Source: Gammaproteobacteria bacterium
GTDB taxonomy: Bacteria; Pseudomonadota; Gammaproteobacteria; Eutrophobiales; Eutrophobiaceae
Direction of reading: 5' to 3'
NCBI GenBank assembly: GCA_965200295.1
Contig: OZ241347.1
Span: forward strand, 2,615,272 to 2,679,271
Length of the DNA stretch: 64,000 bases
The notes below the pieces were generated by a model. The model did not search any database. It saw only the letters and a program-made list of their open reading frames with translations, and was not told where the DNA came from. Position numbers and translations under genes: made by a program. Below are positions 10,418-19,663 of this stretch, in pieces (position 1 is the stretch's first letter; every line of letters starts with the position of its first letter).

Positions 10418-12203
10418 GCTATGTAACTTAATTATACCACTCTGTCATTAGGGCGCGCGCGGGTGGGTCTGCACAATGTGAGACCGTGAAGGGCGCCGGC
10501 GTTGCGGCGTGGCTCGCTCTGGCGTATGAGGTGGCCCCGCGTTGGCCTGTGGCCGTGAGGGAGCGTTGCGGCGACGCTGGCAGGTTGACCGGGGGATGTC
10601 AGGCGGCTTCGGGCATGTCAGGGGCTCTGTTGGGGGTGGGGTAGCCATATTTCTGTAGCATTTTGACCCAGCGCGGGGCATTGCGTTTGACCATGAGGGC
10701 CTCGTAGTCGGTGTGCGGGTCCTGGTAGGGCTGGCCGGTAATGAGCATGCGGTAGAGGGTACGCAGCAGTTTGTGTGCGGTGGCGACGGTGGCACGTTTG
10801 TAGCCGCGGCGCACGGTGAGGGCTTTATGGTAGCCTTGGAACTGGCAGTGGTGGGTGCGAGCGGCGCCGTGGGCGCACTCGATGAGCAGGGTGCGCAGGT
10901 GCGGGTTGCCCTGTCGGGTTCGGCCGTGGCGGCGTTTGCCGGCGCTTTCGTTGTTGCCGGGGCACAGGCCGGCCCAGGCGGCGCAGTGGCGGGCGGTGGG
11001 GAAGACCTTCACATCGGGGCCGAGTTCGATGAGCAGCGCGCGTGCGGCGGCGTGGTCGATGCCCGGCAGGGTCATCAGCAGGTCGAGTTGGGCCTGGTAG
11101 GGGGCGAGGTGTTGCCGGATGAAGGCATCGTACTGGGCGATACGGGCGTTGGCGTTGTCGAAGGCGGCGAGTTGGTCTTGGAGGACGAAGCGGGCCTCGG
11201 GGCGCAGGGTGGCGCTGAGTGCGTCGCCCAGGGCTGCCAGTCGGGGACGGACATGGCCGGAGAGGGTGGGCAGGATAGCTGCCGGGGTCAGTCCGGCGAC
11301 CAGGCCGTCGAGGATACGGCGACCGTTGACGCCGAACAGGTCTGAGAGGACTCCGCCGACCCGGAGACCGGCACCGTCGAGGCATTGATGGATGCGGGTC
11401 CGCAGGGTGGCGCGCAGGCGCACCACCTTGTGGCGTTGCCGTGACACCTTGCGCAGGGCGCGAAAGTCGGCGGGCGGCACGAAGCTGGGGCGGCACAGCC
11501 CGAACTGGCAGATACGCGCCAGCCACAGGCTGTCGGCGATGTCGGTCTTACGACCTTTGAGCTGCTTGACGTGCTGGGCATGCACTAAGAGGGGTTCGAT
11601 GCCGGCGCTCTCTAAGGCCTCGAAGACCACCTCCCAATAGATGCCCGTAGCTTCCATCACGGCGGCGCTGACCCGGTGCTCAAGCAGCCAGCCGGTCAGC
11701 TCGCGCAGGCCACTGGGCAGGGCGTTGAAGGTGCGGGTGTGAGTCTCGGCCGCCACGCCGGACTGTGCCAGACGCACGCTGGCAGTGATTTGCATCTTGT
11801 GTACGTCCAGACCCGCCGCGCGGGCGTGGATGACGTGTAAGGTATCAGTGTGTATAGTGTCAGGCATAACGCGTCCTCCGAAGTAAGTGCAAGTGTAGTC
11901 AGGGGCAAGCGCGGGCGGTCAACGGTTAGCAGGCTCGTTTCCGGGTGGGAAACGGCGCATTTTGCTATGCGTCCTCGACGACCTGCGTCGGGTACAAGGC
12001 GGGGCACGATGCCGTTGACCGGGAACAGTTTAGAGACGGGCTTATCAAGCACCGTAAAAAAGAGCGTTCTCGTTTCCCGCGCCTGCCCCGATAGTGTGCA
12101 TCAGGATGAGGCGTTAGCCAACGTCGGGGCTGCGGGGTGCCCGTACCCCCGGCGTTTCTCAGTTACATACCGGCGGGGTGTGCAGCGCTCTGATCATGAA
12201 GGT
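10418..12203 (-). mobile_element. IS110-family insertion sequence (~1.79 kb, no terminal inverted repeats) inserted into a palindromic repeat element
   Basis: boundaries inferred from the split repeat element (10388-10417 and 12204-12322); one internal DEDD-transposase gene. Confidence 0.7.
10599..11867 (-). CDS. IS110-family transposase (DEDD N-terminal domain plus transposase_20 C-terminal domain)
   Basis: 422 aa; GLDVHK motif near the N-terminus; typical IS110/IS1111 architecture. Confidence 0.9.
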   Translation of the reverse strand: MPDTIHTDTLHVIHARAAGLDVHKMQITASVRLAQSGVAAETHTRTFNALPSGLRELTGWLLEHRVSAAVMEATGIYWEVVFEALESAGIEPLLVHAQHVKQLKGRKTDIADSLWLARICQFGLCRPSFVPPADFRALRKVSRQRHKVVRLRATLRTRIHQCLDGAGLRVGGVLSDLFGVNGRRILDGLVAGLTPAAILPTLSGHVRPRLAALGDALSATLRPEARFVLQDQLAAFDNANARIAQYDAFIRQHLAPYQAQLDLLMTLPGIDHAAARALLIELGPDVKVFPTARHCAAWAGLCPGNNESAGKRRHGRTRQGNPHLRTLLIECAHGAARTHHCQFQGYHKALTVRRGYKRATVATAHKLLRTLYRMLITGQPYQDPHTDYEALMVKRNAPRWVKMLQKYGYPTPNRAPDMPEAA

Positions 12204-12322
12204 TTAGAGACGGAAACGAAAAAATGTGATTTTTCGTTTCCTTCATTTTCAAACACTTACGTGCTTAAAAATGGCAGCATGTCCCTATGCTGCACGGCCA
12301 CCTCTAATTTTTAGAGGTGGCC
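12204..12322. repeat. remainder of the long (five-hairpin) composite palindromic element, reverse orientation, ending in the gccacctctaatttttagaggtggc hairpin
   Basis: reverse complement matches the long copies at 38385-38526 and 51573-51720 almost base for base. Confidence 0.75.
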
Positions 12323-12377
12323 TAATGATTAACATCAAGCACACTGTTGCGGCGTTAGGTCATAGGAGTTATCGTTT

Positions 12378-13748
12378 ATGATTGGCATATTGCAAATGCT
12401 GCTGGCGTTCATCGTGGCGCTGGGAGTCCTGATCACGTTCCATGAGTTCGGCCACTTCTGGGTGGCTCGACGTTGTAACGTCAAGGTCCTGCAATTTGCG
12501 GTGGGCTTCGGGCGGCCGTTGTGGCGGCGCAAGTTCGGCGCTGATGACACCGAATTTGTCATTGGCATGGTGCCGTTGGGCGGCTACGTGAGAATGCTGG
12601 ATGAACGCGAGGCGCCGGTGTCGGCAGCCGAGCAGGGCCGGGCCTTTAACAACAAATCGCTGGGGCAACGATTCGCCATTGTTGCCGCCGGCCCCATTTT
12701 CAATTTCATCTTTGCCATCCTGGCGTACTGGCTGGTCTTCATAATTGGCATTACCGGGCTCAAGCCGGTGCTGGGTTCGGTGCAGGACGGCAAGCCGGTG
12801 GCGCAGTCCGGTTTGCAGGCGGGCGATGAGATTATTGCCATCGACGGGCAGGCGACGCCGACCTGGAATACCGCCTTGGAATATCTGGTGGCCGGCGTGG
12901 TCGAAGGCGATACTGCGGCGCTACGGGTACGCGACGGGCGCGGCGCCGAGCGGGCGCTGACGCTGGACCTGGGCGCCATTTCTATCGACGCAATGGCCGC
13001 GGGCAACCTGCTGGACTTGCTGGGTTTCGAGCCGGCGCGCCCGCGCGCGCCGGCGACGCTGGGGCAGGTCAGCTACCAGGGCGCGGCCTGGTGGGGCGGT
13101 CTGCGTGAGGCTGATGAAATCGTGGCCGTTGACGGCGTGCCCGTGCAGGGTTGGCAGCACTGGGTTGAGCTGATCAGGGCGGCGCCTGATACGCCTATGA
13201 CTGTCACCATAGCCAGAGACGGCGCCACCATAGACATGGTAGTCACGCCCGAGGCAAAGACCAGTGAGCAGGGCGAACGCATCGGCTTTATCGGGGTCGG
13301 TCTCGACCCTGCGGCCGGTATGGATGACTCCCTGTTGGCACGCGAAGCCTATCCCTGGCATCAGGCGGCATGGAAAGGAGTAGTTAAAACCATTGATATG
13401 TCTGTTATGACCCTGCAGATATTAGGGCGCATGATTACCGGTCAGGCCTCCCTGAAGAACCTCAGCGGCCCGGTCAGCATTGCCCAGTACGCAGGACAGA
13501 CCGCGCAACTGGGTATAGTTGCATTCCTGGGTTTCCTGGCGCTGGTCAGCATCAGCCTGGGGATTTTGAATCTGCTGCCGATTCCCATGCTCGACGGCGG
13601 TCACCTGTGTTACTATCTGGTAGAGTTTGTCAAAGGCAGCCCGGTGTCGGACGCGGTGCAACTGCTGGCCCAGCGCGTGGGGCTGGTGCTGTTGTTCAGC
13701 CTGATGGCGCTGGCGATTTACAATGACGTCCTGAGACTGGTCGGTTAA
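12378..13748 (+). CDS. rseP: sigma-E regulator site-2 protease RseP (zinc metalloprotease)
   Basis: HEFGH zinc motif at the N-terminus; PDZ domains; C-terminal LDGG motif; AGGAG RBS. Confidence 0.9.
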   Translation: MIGILQMLLAFIVALGVLITFHEFGHFWVARRCNVKVLQFAVGFGRPLWRRKFGADDTEFVIGMVPLGGYVRMLDEREAPVSAAEQGRAFNNKSLGQRFAIVAAGPIFNFIFAILAYWLVFIIGITGLKPVLGSVQDGKPVAQSGLQAGDEIIAIDGQATPTWNTALEYLVAGVVEGDTAALRVRDGRGAERALTLDLGAISIDAMAAGNLLDLLGFEPARPRAPATLGQVSYQGAAWWGGLREADEIVAVDGVPVQGWQHWVELIRAAPDTPMTVTIARDGATIDMVVTPEAKTSEQGERIGFIGVGLDPAAGMDDSLLAREAYPWHQAAWKGVVKTIDMSVMTLQILGRMITGQASLKNLSGPVSIAQYAGQTAQLGIVAFLGFLALVSISLGILNLLPIPMLDGGHLCYYLVEFVKGSPVSDAVQLLAQRVGLVLLFSLMALAIYNDVLRLVG

Positions 13749-13772
13749 AATAGCTCGTAGCTTTGCTTATTT

Positions 13773-16700
13773 ATGGCGAGAGACAGGCAAAATCCTGCGT
13801 GGCTTGCTGCCTTGTTGGCGGCATCGCTGCTCATCCTGACCAGCCTGCCTGCCCAAGTCCTGGCGCAGCAGGTGCTCGTCAGCAACCTCGGCCAAGCCGA
13901 CTTCGCCACCGCCAGCCCCATTGCCAGCTTGCTTGGCGTGTTCGATCACGCCCAGCAATTCACCACTGGCAGCAACAGCGCAGGCTACTGGCTGAGCAGC
14001 GTCGAGATTGAATTCGGCCGACTCGACGCCGGCTTCCCTTTTTCGGTGTCGATTCGCACCAATGCCAGCGGCTCGCCGGGAACAGTGGTGGGTACACTGG
14101 CGAATCCCTCCTACACCGCGTTCACCACCGACACGGTGCTGAAGTTCACGGCGGCGGGCGACGGCATCGCCCTTGCGGCCAGCACGTCGTATTTCCTCGT
14201 CCTCGACGTCACTAGCGACTCCGGCAGCAACTTCGCCACTTGGCGGGTCACCACCTCAATGAGCGAGGACAGCGGCGGCGCCAGCGGCTGGAGCATCGCC
14301 GATCTGCACCGCTTACGGCAGAACGTGGCTGACGCTGCATGGGTCAACAACGTAGTCACCTCCACCCTCAAGATCCGCATCAACGGCTCGGCCGTCACCC
14401 TCCCCACGGTCACCATCGCCCGCGTTGCCACGCCGGTCACCGAAGGCGCGGCTGCCCGCTTCACCGTCAGCCGCACGGGCGCGACCACGGGGGCGTTGGC
14501 GGTGCAAGTGTCGGTGTCCGAGAACAGTGCTGGCGGGCAGAACTTCGTGGCGTCAACCAACGAAGGCGCTAAATCAGTCAGCATTCCTATGGGTTCCGCA
14601 TCGGCGGTCTATTCCGTGGCGACCGTGGGCGATGCCATCGACGAGCCGGACGGCGCGGTGACCGTGACGCTGGCGAGCGGTTCCGGCTATACCGTCGGCA
14701 GCCCGTCAACGGCGAGCGTGATGGTCAACGACGACGACCTGCCGGTTGTCACCATTACCAGCGGTGCATCGTCGGTGACGGAGGGCACGGCGGCAAGCTT
14801 CACGGTGACCCGCGCCGGTCTGACGACGGCGGCGCTGACGGTGAACGTCAATGTCGCGGATGTCGCGGGCAGCGATTTCGTGGCGTCGGACGACGAAGGC
14901 GCGGACACGGTGACGATCCAGGCGGGACAAGCCTCGGCAGCCTACAGCGTCGCCACCGTGGCGGACAGAGTGGTTGAGGCGAGTGGAAATGTGATAGTTA
15001 CCGTATCGACGGGCACGGGCTATACCGTCGGTAGTCCGCCATCCGCGAACGTGATGGTTAACGACGACGATACCGCTGCCGTGCTCATCAACGGCGCGGA
15101 CAGCAACATCACGCTTTCAGTCGGCGAGGACGACGGCACCGCCACCTACACCATCCGGCTCGACAGTCAGCCGAGCCACAATGTCACGGTCACAGTGAGT
15201 TCGGCCAGCGAAAACACAGCCACCGTGAACAAGGCGGGCGGCTCGGCCGGCGAGACGCAGACGCTCACCTTCACGCCGAGCGGCACCGGCGCGTGGAATG
15301 TCGCGCAGACCATCACTATAACCGGTGTCAACAACACTAGCGACGATGCCAACAACCGGCGCACTTCGCTCATCACCCACACGGCGGCTTCGAGCGACGC
15401 CAATTACAGCGGCATCACCCCCATCCCGACCGTCACAGTCACGGTGACCGACGACGACACGCCCGAGTTGACCGTGTCGGCACAGGGCGGCGTCACAACC
15501 GTCAACGAGAACGGCGCCGCCGCGACGATCATCGTCACCTCGAATATTCAAGTCGACGGCTCAATCGACTACGGCCAGCCGAGCGTGTCCACGGGCGGCG
15601 CCGTCAGTGCCGACGGAACGACTATTGCTGGCGGCAACACGAGCAACACCTATACCGTCAGCGCGAGCGACAACAACCGCGACGAGGCCGACTGGTCGAT
15701 CACCACCGGCATTGCCGCCGGCACTGGCTACACACTCGGCTCGCCGAGCGCCGTCATGCTCACTGTTCGCGACGACGACCCGACGGTCGTCTCGCTCGCT
15801 GGCGGTGGCCGCGTGTTCGAAGGCGAGGGGACGACATTCACGGTCACGCTTGGTCGCGACCTCGCCGCCGGCGAGATCATTGACGTGCCGCTGGCCATCA
15901 CCGGTGCTGGCATCACCCCGAGCGACTGGCGTTTGGCGCTTGCGAGCGGCATGGGTCTCAACACAGGCGTGACGCTGAATGGCGCCAACACAGCCACGCC
16001 GCAGCTTCGCTTCGCAGGCGCCGGCGCGCGCACGGCGACGCTGACGCTGACCGCCGAGGCGAGTAGCGGCGGCAAGACAATACGAGTGGAGCTAGGACCG
16101 GATGGCAGCGGCGCCAACGGGTTTGATCGCAGCGGTCTTGGCACCAACGTCGGCGGCGGCGCGGACCCGCACGCCACGGCTCTTCGAATCATGCTGGTGG
16201 TCACTGCCGATACCGTCGTCAACGACCGCGACTTCCTCGCTTTTGTGCGTGCCCCTGGCGAAACATCGGCATCCAGGCGGACTGAAGGCTCGCGTCTGAC
16301 GCTGTCCGTCCACCGTATCGCCTTCACGTCCGACAACAACAACCTGCACACGCCAGACGACTGGGGGTTCCGGCTCTGCTTCACCGGCGCCGCGACGCCC
16401 GGCGCGGACTTTTCGGTCAGCCACGGCGGCGGGCGCACATCGCTCGATCAAGAGGGCTGCACACGGACGAACAGCGCGGAGGACGGCACCGCGTTGCCCG
16501 CGCGACTGAGCGTCGCGCGCTTCTACATCAAGCTCTTGCACGACGATTTGGACGAGAGCGATGAGCGCGTTGTCGCGACCTTGACGCGAACGATTAACAC
16601 CGGGGTTTCCGGGCAAGGATTGAGTGAGTTTCGCTTCACCATCAGCGAGCCGCCCCTGATCGACAAGGTGCGCCACTACACCAGTGAAATTTGGCGCGGC

Positions 16701-19568
16701 TACGATCATGTCCTGCGTTGGCAGCGTGTGCTCTTTGCGCTCAGCGACGGCAGCGAAGGCGAAGGCCCGGCCATGACCGCAACCGAGGCGCAAGACTATG
16801 CGAATCGCGGCATGACCCGCTGGGCGCCAGTGGCGGCGGCGCTCTCACCGCTGCAGACGCAATCGGCAAGCCCACAGGGTGAGGGCAGCGAGGCAAGCTC
16901 ACAGGATGAGGATAGCGAGGCAAGCTCACAGGATGAGGATAGCGAGGCAAGCTCACAGGATGAGGATAGCGAGGCAAGCTCACAGGATGAGGATAGCGAG
17001 GCAAGCTCACAGGATGAGGATAGCGAGGCAAGCCCGCAGAGTGAGGGCAACGAGGTAACCCCGGATAGCGAGACCGAGGGTGAGGCGCCCGCAGACGATG
17101 ATGTGCAGGGTGACGCGCCTTCGGATAGCGAAGCGCCGGTCGAGCCGGTTGCAGCAGAGGACACGTTCGTGCCGGATGCCGCGCTGGTCGCGAACATCCG
17201 TGCCTGGCGCAGCGAGACCCAGCACGGTCAGGCGCATGTGGATCGGTGGACGCGGGTGCTGATCGCGTTCAAAGTAGAAACCGGTAGCCTCGCGCCGATG
17301 AGTGCGGCCGAGGCGCAGACATACCTCGACAAAGGCTGGACGCGCTGGGAACCCGTGGTGACGGCGCTTAAGTCGATGCAAGCTGACACGCAGCAAGCGG
17401 CCGCCTCGGAGCAGAACGACACGCAAGCGACTACCGAGCAAGACGAGGCGCCGCAAGCCACAGACGAGGAGAACGAACCCGCGCCCACAGAGCAGGACGA
17501 AGCGCCAGCGGCCGAGGACGAGCAGGACGAGCCCGTGACCATGGCACAGGGCGATGAACCCGCCCCCACCCCGGCATTGTCGGTCTCGGATGCGAGCGGC
17601 GCAGAAGGTTCGACCATAAAGTTCACCATCACGCTTGCCCCGGCCGCAACAGACACCGTGAGCGTGTGGGTGTCCACCAGAGAGTCGCAGCCGGTGTCCG
17701 CGCATAAGAACAGGGACTACCAGCACAACGGCGAGTGGCTGACGTTCAAGCCCGGCGAGACCCGGCAGCACCACCGGGTTTACACCCTTGACGATGCGCA
17801 CGACGACTCGGGAGAAACTTTCGAGCTGGTACTGTCACAGGCGCGTGGCGCGGTGATCGCCGATGCAGTAGGTGTGGGCACGATCATGAACGACGACCCA
17901 CTGCCGGCGGCCCACCTCGCACGGTTCGGACGCACCGTGGCCGAGCACGCGCTCGGCGGCATCGCCGGGCGCTTGGAGGCACCGCGCGCGCCGGGGCTGC
18001 GCGGTGTGTTTGCCGGCCGGGCATTCAGCGCGGCGCCGGGGAGTAAGACCGGCCACCGGCGGCGTAGCGGGGGGGGTACCGGCGCGCCGAACGGGCTCGA
18101 TGGCTTCCATACCCCCGGCGGGGGCGTCGGCGTGAACCCATCGTCGAGACGATCAGCCTTGGCGGGCGACCTCCATTCAGCCGTTGCTCAGTCACTCGAT
18201 GCCCAATCATTTGATACCCAGTCACCCGACGCTGGCGCCTCCATGACCGCGCGTGCAGTACTGTTAGGGTCGAGCTTCACGCTGACCCGGGCCGCCGACG
18301 GCGCCGGCGGCAGTCTGGCTTTCTGGGGCCGCGCCGCGCAAAGTCACTTTGACGGCGTTGACCGCGGCCACGGTACCGATGTGACTCTCAACGGTAAGGT
18401 CACCACCGCCATGCTGGGCGCCGACTACGCCCGGGGCGACTGGCTCGTCGGCCTGGCGCTGACCGAGACCGCGTCCACAGGCGGCTATAGCGCCGCCGCC
18501 GGTAATCCCTGTATGGGTGAGATCGGAGCCGGGGCTATGGCCGATACTATGGACAGCCCCCCGGAATTGTGCGCTACGGACGGCCCTGGCGCTGCGGCTG
18601 GTCTCGGTGCTACGGCAGGCCTGGGCGCCGGTGAGGTAGAGTCTTCCCTGACGGCCGTCATTCCCTACGCCACGCGCCGGGTCGCCGAGCGGCTGACATT
18701 GTGGGGCGCCACCGGCTATGGCCGAGGCGCAGTGACACTGACGCCGGGCGCCGGTGAAACCCTCACCGGCGACGCCCCCCTCAGTGCTGACACCGACTTT
18801 ACCCTGGCCGCGGTAGGCCTGCGCGGTGACCTGCTCGCTCCCGTCGGATTCGGGCCGGCGCTGGCGCTCACCTCCGATGCCCTGTGGACGCGTACGACCT
18901 CAGCGGGGACGCACGGCCTCCTGGCCTCAGCATCCGCCGTGACCCGGCTGCGGCTGGGTCTGGAGGGCAGCTGGGCGCTGGACTTTGCCGGCGCCCGGCG
19001 TGTTACGCCGACGCTGGCCGTCGGCGCCCGCCACGACGGTGGCGACGCCGAGACCGGCTTTGGTATTGAGCTTGGCGGTGGCGTGCAGTGGATCGAGCCG
19101 CGCCTCGGCCTGACGCTCGACATCTCGGCCCGCACGCTGCTGGCGCATGGAGATGACGACATCAAAGACCGGGGCGTCTCCGCGGCGCTGACCTTCGACC
19201 CGGCGCCGGGGACGCCCTTCGGCCCCCGGCTCAGCCTGCGCCAGGACTTCGGTGGGCCGGCTCAGGGCGGCCTTGATGCACTGTTCCGACCGGAGACGCC
19301 GCAGCCGCGGCACGGCGCTCATGACGCCGCCCGTTGGACGCTGGAGGCGGACTACGGCCTGCCCGCCTTGCAGGGGCGCTTCAGCGCCCGCCCGCTGGCC
19401 GGTATCGGACGCGCCGGCGGGGTGCAGGACTACCACCTCGGCTGGCAGTTGACGCCGGCGGCGGCGCACGCCCCCGACATCTCTTTCAGTGCACGCGCAG
19501 TGCGGCGTGTACCGGCGCGGGCCGCGGCTGAACATGGGATTGAACTCAGGCTCAACTGGCAGTGGTAG
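13773..19568 (+). CDS. giant (1931 aa) surface protein: signal peptide, N-terminal domain, five or more Calx-beta-like ~110-aa repeats, duplicated unknown domain, acidic 9-aa tandem tract, C-terminal autotransporter beta-barrel
   Basis: repeats ending in VNDDD with TEG...F.V.R motifs (Calx-beta-like); C-terminal ~300 aa with alternating beta-strand pattern ending LRLNWQW (type Va translocator signature). Confidence 0.8.
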   Translation: MARDRQNPAWLAALLAASLLILTSLPAQVLAQQVLVSNLGQADFATASPIASLLGVFDHAQQFTTGSNSAGYWLSSVEIEFGRLDAGFPFSVSIRTNASGSPGTVVGTLANPSYTAFTTDTVLKFTAAGDGIALAASTSYFLVLDVTSDSGSNFATWRVTTSMSEDSGGASGWSIADLHRLRQNVADAAWVNNVVTSTLKIRINGSAVTLPTVTIARVATPVTEGAAARFTVSRTGATTGALAVQVSVSENSAGGQNFVASTNEGAKSVSIPMGSASAVYSVATVGDAIDEPDGAVTVTLASGSGYTVGSPSTASVMVNDDDLPVVTITSGASSVTEGTAASFTVTRAGLTTAALTVNVNVADVAGSDFVASDDEGADTVTIQAGQASAAYSVATVADRVVEASGNVIVTVSTGTGYTVGSPPSANVMVNDDDTAAVLINGADSNITLSVGEDDGTATYTIRLDSQPSHNVTVTVSSASENTATVNKAGGSAGETQTLTFTPSGTGAWNVAQTITITGVNNTSDDANNRRTSLITHTAASSDANYSGITPIPTVTVTVTDDDTPELTVSAQGGVTTVNENGAAATIIVTSNIQVDGSIDYGQPSVSTGGAVSADGTTIAGGNTSNTYTVSASDNNRDEADWSITTGIAAGTGYTLGSPSAVMLTVRDDDPTVVSLAGGGRVFEGEGTTFTVTLGRDLAAGEIIDVPLAITGAGITPSDWRLALASGMGLNTGVTLNGANTATPQLRFAGAGARTATLTLTAEASSGGKTIRVELGPDGSGANGFDRSGLGTNVGGGADPHATALRIMLVVTADTVVNDRDFLAFVRAPGETSASRRTEGSRLTLSVHRIAFTSDNNNLHTPDDWGFRLCFTGAATPGADFSVSHGGGRTSLDQEGCTRTNSAEDGTALPARLSVARFYIKLLHDDLDESDERVVATLTRTINTGVSGQGLSEFRFTISEPPLIDKVRHYTSEIWRGYDHVLRWQRVLFALSDGSEGEGPAMTATEAQDYANRGMTRWAPVAAALSPLQTQSASPQGEGSEASSQDEDSEASSQDEDSEASSQDEDSEASSQDEDSEASSQDEDSEASPQSEGNEVTPDSETEGEAPADDDVQGDAPSDSEAPVEPVAAEDTFVPDAALVANIRAWRSETQHGQAHVDRWTRVLIAFKVETGSLAPMSAAEAQTYLDKGWTRWEPVVTALKSMQADTQQAAASEQNDTQATTEQDEAPQATDEENEPAPTEQDEAPAAEDEQDEPVTMAQGDEPAPTPALSVSDASGAEGSTIKFTITLAPAATDTVSVWVSTRESQPVSAHKNRDYQHNGEWLTFKPGETRQHHRVYTLDDAHDDSGETFELVLSQARGAVIADAVGVGTIMNDDPLPAAHLARFGRTVAEHALGGIAGRLEAPRAPGLRGVFAGRAFSAAPGSKTGHRRRSGGGTGAPNGLDGFHTPGGGVGVNPSSRRSALAGDLHSAVAQSLDAQSFDTQSPDAGASMTARAVLLGSSFTLTRAADGAGGSLAFWGRAAQSHFDGVDRGHGTDVTLNGKVTTAMLGADYARGDWLVGLALTETASTGGYSAAAGNPCMGEIGAGAMADTMDSPPELCATDGPGAAAGLGATAGLGAGEVESSLTAVIPYATRRVAERLTLWGATGYGRGAVTLTPGAGETLTGDAPLSADTDFTLAAVGLRGDLLAPVGFGPALALTSDALWTRTTSAGTHGLLASASAVTRLRLGLEGSWALDFAGARRVTPTLAVGARHDGGDAETGFGIELGGGVQWIEPRLGLTLDISARTLLAHGDDDIKDRGVSAALTFDPAPGTPFGPRLSLRQDFGGPAQGGLDALFRPETPQPRHGAHDAARWTLEADYGLPALQGRFSARPLAGIGRAGGVQDYHLGWQLTPAAAHAPDISFSARAVRRVPARAAAEHGIELRLNWQW
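16880..17040. repeat. perfect 27-bp tandem repeat x5 (caggatgaggatagcgaggcaagctca) encoding (SSQDEDSEA)n inside the giant gene
   Basis: seen directly; in-frame acidic low-complexity linker. Confidence 0.9.
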
Positions 19569-19663
19569 GCGCGGCCGGGGGCGGTTCCGGCATTTGGCGG
19601 GAATGGCTGAGTGTGATAAATGAGTGTTGATTTTTTAGTCGTAGTGTTTCAGTATAAGCCGCT

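Noticed and set aside
16741-17197. Minus-strand ORFs with striking peptide repeats (PRYPHPVSL x5; ELASLSSSC x5)
   Set aside because: They are the antisense reading of the 27-bp acidic tandem repeat inside the giant autotransporter gene. There is no independent start or RBS context, and the sense frame is clearly the coding one.
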